A stretch of 64,000 bases of DNA from an uncultured Acidobacteriota bacterium (GCA_963713825.1 CAVQNG010000003.1:1536001-1600000), one strand, 5' to 3'; positions 40,258-49,950 are shown, counted from the first letter of the stretch. Program-made: numbers and translations. The notes: generated from the letters alone by a model not told the origin.

Positions 40258-41505
40258 ATGATTTTATTTGACGATCACGAGATGGAAGGTAGCCTCCCAA
40301 TCACCCTGGATGAGGCAGAGGGCACGGCGGCCAAGATCACCGTCGTCGGTGTCGGGGGTGGTGGGGGCAACGCGGTCAACCGGATGATCGACTGCCAGAT
40401 GCGGGGCATCGAGTTCATCGCTGGCAACACTGACATGCAGGCTCTGCGCAAGTGCAGTGCGCCGGTCAAGCTTCAGTTGGGCCCGACCCTGACCAGGGGT
40501 CTCGGCGCTGGCGGCGACCCGGAAGTCGGCCGCAAGTCGGCCCTCGAGGACACCGAGCGAATTCTGGAGCTCCTCGACGGGTCCGACATGGTCTTTCTCA
40601 CCGCCGGGATGGGTGGTGGAACGGGCACCGGTGCCATTCCGATTGTCGCGTCACTGGCCTCTGAGCTGGGCGCTCTGACCGTCGCTGTGGTGACGAAACC
40701 ATTCACTTTCGAGGGTCGCCGTCGGATGGAGTTGGCAGAGCGGGGTATTGAAGAGCTGCGAGGTGCTGTCGACACTCTGATCACGATTCCCAATGAAAGG
40801 CTGCTCAACTTCGTCGAGCGAGGTACTCCTCTCAACGAGGCCTTTCGCATTGCGGACGACGTCTTGCGCCAAGCGGTCCAGGGCATTTCCGATCTGATTA
40901 CGGTACCTGGCGAGGTCAACGTGGACTTTGCGGACGTCAAGACCATCATGACTGGCATGGGCATGGCGTTGATGGGCACGGGTGTGGCCAAGGGCGAGAG
41001 TCGAGCCATCGAGGCGGCACAACGCGCCATCTCCTCGCCCCTGCTGGAGGAGACTTCGGTCCAGGGCGCCAAAGGAGTGCTCATCAACATCTCTGGCGGC
41101 CCCGATCTGACTCTCCACGAGGTGGACGAGGCGGCAAAGGTCATCGCGGAGGCCGTGGATTCGGCGGCCAATATCATCTCCGGTCTCGTTATCGACGAGT
41201 CGATGGAGGAGGAGATGAAGGTCACAGTGATCGCGACTGGCTTCCAGGCAGCGAATGCACCGGTCTTCAGCCAGCCGTATCTGCCCACAGCGGAGCATGA
41301 GGAACCGGTCTACGCACCGGAGCCGGCGCCCGCCGAGAGGCAGGTGGAGCCAGAACCCGCTGCTGAGAAGAAGGAAGAGGACATACCGTTTTATCGCAAG
41401 GTCATCGCGCAGACTCAGCAGGACGACCCCAACGGGTACGGACCGAACTGGTCGAACGTCGATGACTTCGACATTCCGACAGTGCTGCGAAAGCAGATGG
41501 ACTAA
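40258..41505 (+). CDS. ftsZ: Cell division protein FtsZ
   Basis: [23 protein letters not shown]-terminal DIPTVLRK. Confidence 0.98.
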   Translation: MILFDDHEMEGSLPITLDEAEGTAAKITVVGVGGGGGNAVNRMIDCQMRGIEFIAGNTDMQALRKCSAPVKLQLGPTLTRGLGAGGDPEVGRKSALEDTERILELLDGSDMVFLTAGMGGGTGTGAIPIVASLASELGALTVAVVTKPFTFEGRRRMELAERGIEELRGAVDTLITIPNERLLNFVERGTPLNEAFRIADDVLRQAVQGISDLITVPGEVNVDFADVKTIMTGMGMALMGTGVAKGESRAIEAAQRAISSPLLEETSVQGAKGVLINISGGPDLTLHEVDEAAKVIAEAVDSAANIISGLVIDESMEEEMKVTVIATGFQAANAPVFSQPYLPTAEHEEPVYAPEPAPAERQVEPEPAAEKKEEDIPFYRKVIAQTQQDDPNGYGPNWSNVDDFDIPTVLRKQMD

Positions 41506-41616
41506 GAGGGAAGACAGGGAATATCAGGCGCATCGAGAGCAGCAGGCAGCAAGGCCAAGAACGCGGTTGTCACTCTCGACGACTCCAGACTTCCGGGTGG
41601 ATCGTCTCCAGGTGAA

Positions 41617-42222
41617 ATGGGCTTCACCTCCGCACGCGAACGACGACTGTGGCTCATGGCAGGCAGCTGCCTGCTGCTCATTTTTTCGACACTCTACATC
41701 GCCAGACCCATCACCAACTGGCTGCGGGACGCCAACCTTCTGCGCCTCGCGGTTGTGGGCTCCTTTGTTCTGGCGGCAGCATGGATTGGCCTGGTGCTCC
41801 TTCGGACTCGGCCCGGATGGCGGACGTGGGTCGTCTTGTCTGCGATCGCCACCGTTTATGTGCTTCTATTATCTCGATTCAAGCTTCCCGAAGAACGCCT
41901 TCACTTTCTCGAGTATGGAATTGTCGGCGGCCTGGTGTTCGCGGCGCTTCTCGAACGGCAGAAGAACACAGGTGACACCTCTGGCGGTACTCCAGGCCGC
42001 CGCGGTCCTCTGTGGCCAGCGGTGGGGGCCTTTCTGATCAACGGCGCCGCAGGATGGGTCGATGAAGGGATCCAGGAGATCATTCCGAACCGTTTCTACG
42101 ATCTCAGAGACGTCGCCATGAACGCGGCGGCTGGAGCTCTGGCCATAGGCTCGATTTGGATTCTCGGCCTTATCCGGCAGATCGAGGCAGGGTCACCGAG
42201 TCGAGGGCAGGGCAGAGGCTAG
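41617..42222 (+). CDS. VanZ-like membrane protein
   Basis: Multi-TM; HFLEYG and DEGIQ..IPNR...RDVAMN motifs. Confidence 0.75.
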   Translation: MGFTSARERRLWLMAGSCLLLIFSTLYIARPITNWLRDANLLRLAVVGSFVLAAAWIGLVLLRTRPGWRTWVVLSAIATVYVLLLSRFKLPEERLHFLEYGIVGGLVFAALLERQKNTGDTSGGTPGRRGPLWPAVGAFLINGAAGWVDEGIQEIIPNRFYDLRDVAMNAAAGALAIGSIWILGLIRQIEAGSPSRGQGRG

Positions 42223-42346
42223 AGCCTCGGCCCACAGGGTTTGTAGTAAGCGCTGTTTCGACCAAGGTCCCTTGCAGTTTGCCGAGAACCCGAAACTTCC
42301 TCTGGTAGACTTCGAGCGAATTTCCACTCTGTTTGGAGGTTTCTTC

Positions 42347-42877
42347 ATGGAACAAGGTTTCGACGAGGCAAAGGCCCAACGCAACTGGCTGGAGCGCCTG
42401 GGCGAGAAGATTCCCGGCTTTCGGGGTTTCCAGGATCGGGAGCTCCGAAGAGAGGTCGACAAGCTGCAGCGAGAGTACCTCGCCAGCCAGATAACACAGT
42501 ACAAGTCCTCCCTGCGCAAAGTTGCCGAGCGCTATACGGACGCAGGCAAGATCGGGGTCCTGCATCTGTTCGACCGACTCGACAAGCGATTGGACGGTCT
42601 GGCCCGAGCCGTGAAGTTCAGCGACTATGGAGCGACGGGCTTTTTCGATGTGATCAAAGTCGATGCAGGGGCTCTCGAGGAGCTCTATCAGTTCGATCTC
42701 GCGCTGATCGAGGAGCTGTCTGGGCTGGGTGATGACATTGCAGGGATCCCAGCGCCCGCCGCTGGCGACCCAACCGAAGCTCTGGAAGTGACCTTGGACC
42801 GTCTCCAGCGCATGGAAGACCGTTGGGCCGCTCGCGAAGGCGCAGTCAACAAAGTAGTAAAGACCGCAGGCGACTAA
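42347..42877 (+). CDS. Hypothetical alpha-helical protein heading the SPFH cluster
   Basis: GGAGG SD; charged helical sequence; directly upstream of the SPFH gene. Confidence 0.8.
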   Translation: MEQGFDEAKAQRNWLERLGEKIPGFRGFQDRELRREVDKLQREYLASQITQYKSSLRKVAERYTDAGKIGVLHLFDRLDKRLDGLARAVKFSDYGATGFFDVIKVDAGALEELYQFDLALIEELSGLGDDIAGIPAPAAGDPTEALEVTLDRLQRMEDRWAAREGAVNKVVKTAGD

Positions 42878-42904
42878 GAACCTGCGTTCCCAGGAGGATT
42901 CTCG

Positions 42905-43942
42905 ATGAAGGTCATTCAATATGTAGATCCAACCGGTCAGACGATGGTGGCCAGGGTCCCACAACAGGGAACCGATGCCATCAAGATCGGCAGCCAGCTG
43001 ATTGTCGAAGAGAGCCAGGAAGCGGTGTTCTACCGTGATGGCAAGGCCCTCGACACGTTTGGTCCGGGACGCCACACCCTGGCGACGCAAAACCTGCCGT
43101 TCCTGACCGAGTTGCTCGGAGTACCATTCGAGGGCAAGTCCCCGTTCCAGGCAGCGGTCGTCTTCGTGTCGACCAAGACTTTCCTGGATCTCAAGTGGGG
43201 CACGAAAGAGCCGGTTGTCTACCGCGACAGCGAGTTGGCAATGGTGCGACTGCGGGCGTTTGGCAAGTTCGCGGTACGGATTGTCAATTCCCAGGTCTTC
43301 GTCAACGGGGTCGTCGGCACCATGGGCGTCTACACGACCGACGGCGTGGAGTCCTACTTCAAAGACGTCATCGTCGCCCGTTTGACCGATGTGCTGGGCG
43401 AGAACCTACAGTCGATCTTCGACCTGCCGCAGGTCTATGACGAGCTGTCGATGGCGCTCAAGGCCCGCGTTGCCGAGGATTTCTCGAAGTATGGCATCGA
43501 GTTGGTGGACCTCTACCTTGGCGCCATCACGCCGCCGACCGAGGTCCAAAAGCTGATCGACGAACGTGCCGGCATGGCGGCAGTGGGTGATATGAACGCC
43601 TACCTCAAGTTCAAAGCCGCCCAGGCCATGGGTGATGCAGCACAGCAGTCGGGAGGTGAGACTGGAGGCGGCGTCGGGGCCGGTCTCGGAGTTGGCATGG
43701 GGGCGGGAATGGGCATGATGCTGCCGCAGATGATGAAGGAAGCGATGACCGATTCCAGTGGCAGCCAGGCTGCGCCTGGTGAAGCGCCGGCCGAGGGCAA
43801 GCCTCAGGCGACCGACGAGGGTGCAGTCCCCGCAGCTGCGGGGACGGCAGCCGCGGCTGCGGCTTTCTGCCATTCCTGTGGTGGCAAGCTGCCAGAAGGC
43901 GCCCGGTTCTGTCCCAGCTGTGGCACCAAGGCTGCCGAGTGA
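42905..43942 (+). CDS. SPFH/Band-7 domain protein (YdjI-like) with C-terminal Zn ribbon
   Basis: GSQLIVEESQEAVF..DGK....GPGRHTL.T.NLP, KWGT, LRAFG, Gly-rich linker, CHSC..CPSC. Confidence 0.88.
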   Translation: MKVIQYVDPTGQTMVARVPQQGTDAIKIGSQLIVEESQEAVFYRDGKALDTFGPGRHTLATQNLPFLTELLGVPFEGKSPFQAAVVFVSTKTFLDLKWGTKEPVVYRDSELAMVRLRAFGKFAVRIVNSQVFVNGVVGTMGVYTTDGVESYFKDVIVARLTDVLGENLQSIFDLPQVYDELSMALKARVAEDFSKYGIELVDLYLGAITPPTEVQKLIDERAGMAAVGDMNAYLKFKAAQAMGDAAQQSGGETGGGVGAGLGVGMGAGMGMMLPQMMKEAMTDSSGSQAAPGEAPAEGKPQATDEGAVPAAAGTAAAAAAFCHSCGGKLPEGARFCPSCGTKAAE

Positions 43943-44006
43943 TCGCAAGACGACTGCGGAAAGAGTCCGTTGTCGAAGCCTGTCGACCGACTCGAGACAT
44001 TTTTGA

Positions 44007-44771
44007 ATGCCGCCGGAAGTGAACGATAGTCGCTTCGTTTGCACACAATGTGGTGGCGAAGGAGCCCTGGAGTCGGGGCAGCGTTTCCTGACATGCCGTT
44101 TCTGCGGGGCGACGCTGTTCGTCGACCGATCGGGCATCGTAGGGCACTACCGACTGCCGCGTCTGTTGGGAGCGGATGAGGCCAAAGCGGCCTGTCGACG
44201 GTGGATGGCCGGCAATGAGACCGTCAGGGATCTCGACACCAAGAGCACGATCGAGTCGATCGAAGCGGTCTCATTTCCGGTCTGGCTCTTTCGGCTCCAG
44301 GCCCAAGGTGGGGAGGAGGTCGTCATCGAGCCGGCGGCGGCCACGATGATGCCGCAGCTGGCCGATCTCAAGTTGCCTGCCGGTGAGCTCGAACCATTTC
44401 ATGCCGATGAAGAAGGGGTCACCGCTGTACCAGAGACGATTCCGCTGGAGACTGCGCGTGGGTGGCTAGAACAGCGCGGACAGGGACACCTGACCGAGAC
44501 TGCGTTGGTTCGTCTGCCCTTGTGGAGGTGCCGGTACAGCTTCGAGGGCGACACCTACCAGGTTCTGGTAGATGCCTCCACCGGTGCCGTCATGGCAGCT
44601 GTCTTCCCGGAGAAGGCGGAGAGTCCCTACTATCTCGTGGCCGGCCTCGGCCTCGTGCTCTTTGCCATCGAGGGGTTGGCAATCACGAATCCGGTCGTCA
44701 AGTTCGTCGCTTACGCGATCACTGCCGTGCCTCTGGTGTTACTTGCGTACTGGGTGGCTCGCAAGATATGA
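44007..44771 (+). CDS. Zn-ribbon membrane protein (YdjG-like), paralog 1
   Basis: CTQCGG..CRFCG, LPLW..RY....YQVLVDA..G, two C-terminal TMs. Confidence 0.75.
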   Translation: MPPEVNDSRFVCTQCGGEGALESGQRFLTCRFCGATLFVDRSGIVGHYRLPRLLGADEAKAACRRWMAGNETVRDLDTKSTIESIEAVSFPVWLFRLQAQGGEEVVIEPAAATMMPQLADLKLPAGELEPFHADEEGVTAVPETIPLETARGWLEQRGQGHLTETALVRLPLWRCRYSFEGDTYQVLVDASTGAVMAAVFPEKAESPYYLVAGLGLVLFAIEGLAITNPVVKFVAYAITAVPLVLLAYWVARKI

Positions 44772-45892
44772 GTGGGGCCACTGATTCCACTGGTGGGACG
44801 CTGGCACCCGATGAGGGGGTCGAGTCCGGGGTCTCGGGGCGGGTCGAGGGTCTGGGTTGTCCGAGTTGTGGAGGCACCCTCGACGTCGTCACAGGTCTGC
44901 GGGTGGTCACCTGCCCCTATTGCGAAAAGTCGCTGCTCGCCAGTCCGGAAGTGGGGGTTCGGCGCTGGGTGGTCAAGCCCCGACTCCGTCTCGACAAAGC
45001 CCGCGACATCGGCAGGCGCTGGCTATCCAAGGGATGGAACAAGGACTCGAGAGTCGGGCGTGAGGCCGAAATTGGCGAGACGATTCTTTGCTTCGTGCCG
45101 TTCTATCGGGTGGAAGCCGACTGTATCGGATTCGCTCTCGGCACCGAGGAACGCCGTCGATCGCGCGGCTCCGGAAACAAGCGCCGCGTCGAGGTGGAAG
45201 AAGTCGATGTGGAGCGCTCGGTGGCCAAGAGCTACGATGCTACGTTTCCCGCCCTCAATGTAGCCGAATGGGGTATCCAGAGGATCGATCTGCAGGGTGA
45301 TCAACTGGTGCCCTACGACAGCGTAGCGCTCGAGAGCCACGGAATGGTCTTCCCTCCTACGGGTTCGGAGACCATCGTCAAGAAGTCTGCGATCGAGCAG
45401 TTCAAGTGGCAGTCGGACCCGGCTCGCGGCCTCAAGAAAGTGCGATTCCGCTTCCTCGAGACCCTTCGGGAGCGCCTCAGTGTCATTTACTACCCTCTCT
45501 GGGTCGTGCGGTATCGCTTCAGGAATCGCTCCTACCAGGTGCTCGTCGATGCCGAAGACGGCACCCTGGCGTACGGCAAGTCCCCCGGCAACGACCTCTT
45601 TCGGGCGGCGATGCTCGTTGGGTCTCAAGCCGTGGCGTTGTTCTTCGGAACGACTGCTCTGCAGTTTGTCGGTGGTAGCCCCATGGGACTGCTCGTGATC
45701 GGCGCCGCCACAGTGCTGGCTCTGGCTTGGGGCTGGAAGCGCTTTCGCCACGGTGGAGTCGTTGTTGAAGGCTCGGGGGTCGACCCGGAACTGGATCTGG
45801 GTGAAGCTTGGAGCACACTGACGGACCAGAATACGCAGGAGCAGCTGCTGCGTGACCTCATGCAGGGGCGTCTGCCGGGGAGCGGTCGATGA
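44768..45892 (+). CDS. Zn-ribbon membrane protein (YdjG-like), paralog 2
   Basis: CPSCGG..CPYC, YPLW..RY....YQVLVDA..G, two TMs; ATGA overlap. Confidence 0.75.
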   Translation: MSGATDSTGGTLAPDEGVESGVSGRVEGLGCPSCGGTLDVVTGLRVVTCPYCEKSLLASPEVGVRRWVVKPRLRLDKARDIGRRWLSKGWNKDSRVGREAEIGETILCFVPFYRVEADCIGFALGTEERRRSRGSGNKRRVEVEEVDVERSVAKSYDATFPALNVAEWGIQRIDLQGDQLVPYDSVALESHGMVFPPTGSETIVKKSAIEQFKWQSDPARGLKKVRFRFLETLRERLSVIYYPLWVVRYRFRNRSYQVLVDAEDGTLAYGKSPGNDLFRAAMLVGSQAVALFFGTTALQFVGGSPMGLLVIGAATVLALAWGWKRFRHGGVVVEGSGVDPELDLGEAWSTLTDQNTQEQLLRDLMQGRLPGSGR

Positions 45893-46515
45893 GCGGCGGG
45901 GCCGATTTTGCGCTGATACCGCTGGACTGTCCCACCTGCGGGGCGGGAATCCAAGCCCGCGGCGAGGACATCGTCTACTACTGTACGGCGTGTCGCAACG
46001 GCTATCTCCTCGACGAATTGGACTGGGGCCTGCATCGGATCGAGACGACCTTTGTGGCGGCTGCCCATATTCAGGCGCAGGAGTACAGGCCCTTCTGGCT
46101 CTTGCCTGCGACGATCAGATTCACCCGCCGGCAAGCCAGCGGCGGTGGATTCACGGGGCTCCTACGCTCCTTCTTTGGCGCGGAAGGGGTCGAGGATGTG
46201 GCGGGCGAAGGGATCTTCGCAGTGCCGGCATTCCATGCATCGCTAGAGTCTGTGACCCGTCTCGTCCGCAGCTACACAGAGGGTCTCCCAGAATTGAAAG
46301 AGAGGCTCGGAGAGCGGCTCTTGGGGGGGTGCTACGGCAGGCAGGACGCCGAAAAGCTGGCCCACTATGCTCTGATTGCCACCGAAGTGGCGAAGCCCGA
46401 CATGCTGCAGGACTTGCAGTACGAGCTCGAGTTCGGTGAACCTCGCCTTCTCGGAGTGCCGTTCTACAAGAAGGCCGATGCAACGCTGGACGCATTCTTC
46501 AATATCGAGGTCTGA
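45889..46515 (+). CDS. Soluble Zn-ribbon protein, paralog 3
   Basis: CPTCG..CTAC, PFW motif, no obvious TM; ATGA overlap. Confidence 0.72.
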   Translation: MSGGADFALIPLDCPTCGAGIQARGEDIVYYCTACRNGYLLDELDWGLHRIETTFVAAAHIQAQEYRPFWLLPATIRFTRRQASGGGFTGLLRSFFGAEGVEDVAGEGIFAVPAFHASLESVTRLVRSYTEGLPELKERLGERLLGGCYGRQDAEKLAHYALIATEVAKPDMLQDLQYELEFGEPRLLGVPFYKKADATLDAFFNIEV

Positions 46516-46636
46516 TCGTCCTTTACCCTGAGCTCGTGTCCTGGCAGTGGCTTGCAGGCTGTTGCCCACCTGGTTGCCGGGTCTGTTGGCAAGGGTGCAT
46601 GGGGATGACGAGACTCTCAGAAAGGCAAACGAAGCA

Positions 46637-47473
46637 GTGAGCGAAATCGAAAGTGTGAACATTGACGGCGTCGAGCTCTATCTGGGCTCTGCGGTAGAGC
46701 AGGTGCCGCCTTGGATCGGACAACGGGAAGTCCTGATGCAGCTGCTGGCCGCTTGGTCTCGGGTCGAACCGGCAGATCTGCCGCTGAACCCCCGCCTGCT
46801 GGGCAAACCGGGTGTGGGCAAGACTACTCTCGCGTGTGCCGCGGCACGAGAGCTGAGCCTCGATATCTATATCGCGCAGGCCACCATGGACACCCGTCCG
46901 GAAGATCTCATCGTCTCGCCGGTCCTGGCACCCGGTGGCGGCGTTCGATACATGGCTTCGCCCTTGGTCTGCGCCATGGTCCGAGGGGGCGCCCTGATCC
47001 TCGATGAGGGAAATCGCATGAGCGAGAAGTCGTGGGCCTCGCTGGCTCCGCTGCTCGATCATCGCCGCTACGTGGAGAGCCTGGTAGCAGGAATTCGCAT
47101 CCCGGCGCACGACGACTTCCGCTTCGTGACGACCATGAACGAAGATGCCTCGACCTACGAGCTGCCCGAGTACATCCACTCGCGGCTGATGCCGCAGATC
47201 TACATCGACTTCCCCGAGGAAGACGAAGAGAGGGAGATTCTCCGCGCCCAGGTGCCGTTTGCTGACGGGGAGGTTGTCGAGTACGTCTTGTCATTCCTCC
47301 GGGCCGCACATGATCGAGACCTCCGCTACACCGTTCGCGATGGCATCAATCTGGTCCGCTACGCCATGAAGGTCCTCAAACGGGGTGAAGCCGAGAGTGC
47401 GCCGGATGCCGTCGATCTGGCCTTGAGACTCTCTGTGGGTGACGACCAGTTGGAGGAGTTCGAAATCTCGTGA
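46637..47473 (+). CDS. MoxR-like (AAA_5 type) AAA+ ATPase
   Basis: GKPGVGKT, LILDEGNR, FRFVTTMN, SRL Arg finger. Start is uncertain. Confidence 0.88.
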   Translation: MSEIESVNIDGVELYLGSAVEQVPPWIGQREVLMQLLAAWSRVEPADLPLNPRLLGKPGVGKTTLACAAARELSLDIYIAQATMDTRPEDLIVSPVLAPGGGVRYMASPLVCAMVRGGALILDEGNRMSEKSWASLAPLLDHRRYVESLVAGIRIPAHDDFRFVTTMNEDASTYELPEYIHSRLMPQIYIDFPEEDEEREILRAQVPFADGEVVEYVLSFLRAAHDRDLRYTVRDGINLVRYAMKVLKRGEAESAPDAVDLALRLSVGDDQLEEFEIS

Positions 47474-49476
47474 CCCGGTCGAATGACGCTGACGCCGAGC
47501 TGGACCGGGTGGCTCCGGAGGTGAGGGAGGGCATTCGCCTGGTGCCGGTCGTTCACGAGCGCATCGAGCTGGCCAGTGTGGCGCGAGGAGTCTTGGAGGC
47601 TGTGGAACCGGCGGCGGTAGCCGTTGAGCTGCCGACGACCCTCCGAGAGGCCGCAGCCCGGGCCGTCGGGAGGTTACCGTTGATTTCTCTGGTGATCTCG
47701 GAGGAACCGGGGGAAGAAGCGCTGGTGTGGGTCGTGGCGCCCGGTGACCCCCTGGTGGAGGCCATCCGGTGGGCACTCGATCACCAGAGGCCCTTCCTCT
47801 GTATCGACCCCGATCTCTCCTACGAGGAACGACACGCCGACCGGGTTCCAGACCCTCACGCTCTGTGGCAAATGGGCGTCGGCGACTATCTCCAGAGCCT
47901 GCGACAGGGTCTGCGCAGCGGTGGAGTGTCCGCAGTGGATGATCGCCGAGAAGCAGGAATGGCCTTTCATTTGCGACAGGCGCAGGAAGAGATCGCGGCA
48001 CCGATCGTGGCATTCGTCGGGGCGGCCCACCTGGAGGGCGTCCGATCTCGGCTCGATGGACCACTGGCACACCCGTTCGCACGGACCCAGCGCAGCCGGG
48101 TTCTGGTGCGGCACCTGGCTCCCGACAGTCTCACGGCATTGCTGCCAGACGCTCCGTTGGCACACGCCGTCTGGGAGCGGGTCCGAGAGGGTCAGGCTCC
48201 CACTGACGCGGAGCTCGGATCCACCCTCTCGCGGCGCCAGTCTGTGGTGCGCTTCGGTCTTCGTGTTATCCATGGGGAGCGGGGAAGCGACGAAGCTGAT
48301 CGGAGCGAGAGGCTCGTGGACTATGCCAGCAAGCACGGCACCCGAGAGGGCTTCGGTGGCGGAGTCGCTCCGGACAGGGCCCGGCTTGGCGGTGTTGTCT
48401 GGCGGATCGCGGCAGGATCGTACACCGAGCAGACCGGGGAGACCGTGGCCGCCTGGCAGAGGAGACTGTTCTTCGACTTTTCGAGGCGCTGTGCCAGGGT
48501 ACAAGGCAATCTGATGCCAGGTCTCTACGAATGGGTGATCGCGGGACGGGGTGTCGGTGATGACAACCTGGCCTGGGAGATCTTCGATGTCTCTCGAACC
48601 TTCCCTTGGCAAGAAGACCAGGCGGAGATCGAGACCGTTTCCGTCGATGGAGAGGAACTGGATCTCGGCACTCGCAAGCTAAGGTTTCGGCGCCGTTTCC
48701 TGCGCGTCAAGCAGCGGCCCGTTGCCATCCCCGTTCGGGAGCACCCTCATCCCGACAGCCCGGAGGATTGGTTGCGGGCTTTCGATTCGACCGGCCTTTG
48801 CTCCTATCCTCCCGAAGACCTGGTGATCGAGGACTACGGGCGTTTTCTGCAGCAGAAGGCCCTGTCGGTGCTGTCAGCCGAACGCAAGAGGACCGAGCCC
48901 TTCGTTTGTAGCCTGTTGGACGGGATCGACATCCGAGAGACACTCCGCAATGTCCATGAGGACCGGATCTATGTGGAGGAGAAGGGCCGAGTGCCGGGAG
49001 ATGCGGGTTCGGTCGTCGTCGTCTTCGACCGCGACGTGGACAACGAGCGCTACCCCTTTGCCATGACCTGGCTGGGGGAGCATGATCAGGAGTCGGACAT
49101 GGCGTTCTATGCCACGAATCCGGCAGATCAGGTGGTGGGTCCCGGCATGATGCGGGCCACCTACGGCGGGTTCGTGCTGACCCAACCGAGAGGCAGGCTG
49201 TCCGACGTCTGGTCGGATCCGGACTATCGATTCGCCCGCAGCAGGGCGGAGATCTTGCTGATGGCGGCTATCGACTACAGCCTCGAGAAGATCGTGGTGC
49301 ATCTGGCCTCAGACCCTCCCGTCGAGAGACTGCGCCAGTACGCCGCCGTCCAGGGCAAGCAGATCCTCCACATTCCCCTAGCCTCGCTGTCTCCCGTGAC
49401 ACTCAAGAAGATCCGTGTCATGCACATCCTCGCCGGCCACGACAAGCGCGCCATGGCCAAGGACTACATCTGGTGA
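47470..49476 (+). CDS. TraB/Tiki-like domain protein, partner of the AAA+ ATPase
   Basis: VVH..., AVAVELP, RREAGMA, VGAAHL motifs; C-terminal GIDIRETLR; GTGA overlap with the ATPase gene. Confidence 0.7.
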   Translation: MTRSNDADAELDRVAPEVREGIRLVPVVHERIELASVARGVLEAVEPAAVAVELPTTLREAAARAVGRLPLISLVISEEPGEEALVWVVAPGDPLVEAIRWALDHQRPFLCIDPDLSYEERHADRVPDPHALWQMGVGDYLQSLRQGLRSGGVSAVDDRREAGMAFHLRQAQEEIAAPIVAFVGAAHLEGVRSRLDGPLAHPFARTQRSRVLVRHLAPDSLTALLPDAPLAHAVWERVREGQAPTDAELGSTLSRRQSVVRFGLRVIHGERGSDEADRSERLVDYASKHGTREGFGGGVAPDRARLGGVVWRIAAGSYTEQTGETVAAWQRRLFFDFSRRCARVQGNLMPGLYEWVIAGRGVGDDNLAWEIFDVSRTFPWQEDQAEIETVSVDGEELDLGTRKLRFRRRFLRVKQRPVAIPVREHPHPDSPEDWLRAFDSTGLCSYPPEDLVIEDYGRFLQQKALSVLSAERKRTEPFVCSLLDGIDIRETLRNVHEDRIYVEEKGRVPGDAGSVVVVFDRDVDNERYPFAMTWLGEHDQESDMAFYATNPADQVVGPGMMRATYGGFVLTQPRGRLSDVWSDPDYRFARSRAEILLMAAIDYSLEKIVVHLASDPPVERLRQYAAVQGKQILHIPLASLSPVTLKKIRVMHILAGHDKRAMAKDYIW

Positions 49477-49478
49477 TT

Positions 49479-49950
49479 GGGGGGTTGAGGCATCCGGTGC
49501 GTTGCACCGGCTGATCCTTGAAGGCTTGGGGGTTGAGCCGGCAGCACTTCGTGTCGGCCGTTCTTTGAGGGCCTGGGGGTTGAGACGGCCGATCGGACCA
49601 GGGATCTCCCCCGTCTGCGGTCTCACCCGACCATGCCCCTCCGACGAGGGAGACCCATGGCCCGATCTACCACCTTCGACACACATCAATCATCGGATTG
49701 CTGACTCACTCCCTACGCCCTTAAGCCCCTACTACCCTCACCGGTGCCAGAGGTTCGCGCGGGTGGTTCGACAGGGGGCGCCGAGTCGAGCGCAGCGCAA
49801 GGGCCACGATAGAGCACCACCAATGGGGCGCGATGACGAGACGATGTGGCGGCCCCCCATTGCAGTCTGAGTCGCCGACACCGTCCGCCTGCGGACCACC
49901 CGAACGGACCTCCACGCGATGATAGTCGCCAGTTCAGGACCCAAGCCCCA
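49479..49950 (+). repeat. Composite dispersed repeat (GGGGGTTGAG hairpin units plus 165-nt core)
   Basis: Near-colinear with the reverse complement of 57490-57820 apart from a central insert; core at 49749-49913. Confidence 0.9.

Noticed and set aside
49479-49584. GGGGGTTGAG units at regular spacing as a CRISPR array
   Set aside because: The exactly repeated part is only ~10 nt with 2-3 units per locus, the 'spacers' are self-complementary hairpins shared between loci, and there are no cas genes in the window.
49415-49870. Similar short ORFs in the repeat copies (e.g. RFARVVRQGAPSRA at 49415-49870 and 57537-57773)
   Set aside because: The similarity reflects the nucleotide repeat. Starts, stops and frames differ between copies and substitutions follow base pairing rather than codons.
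49820-49880. Hammerhead-like GATGACGAG inside the repeat core
   Set aside because: No CUGANGA plus GAAA core, and the segment is not conserved in the 18030 copy.
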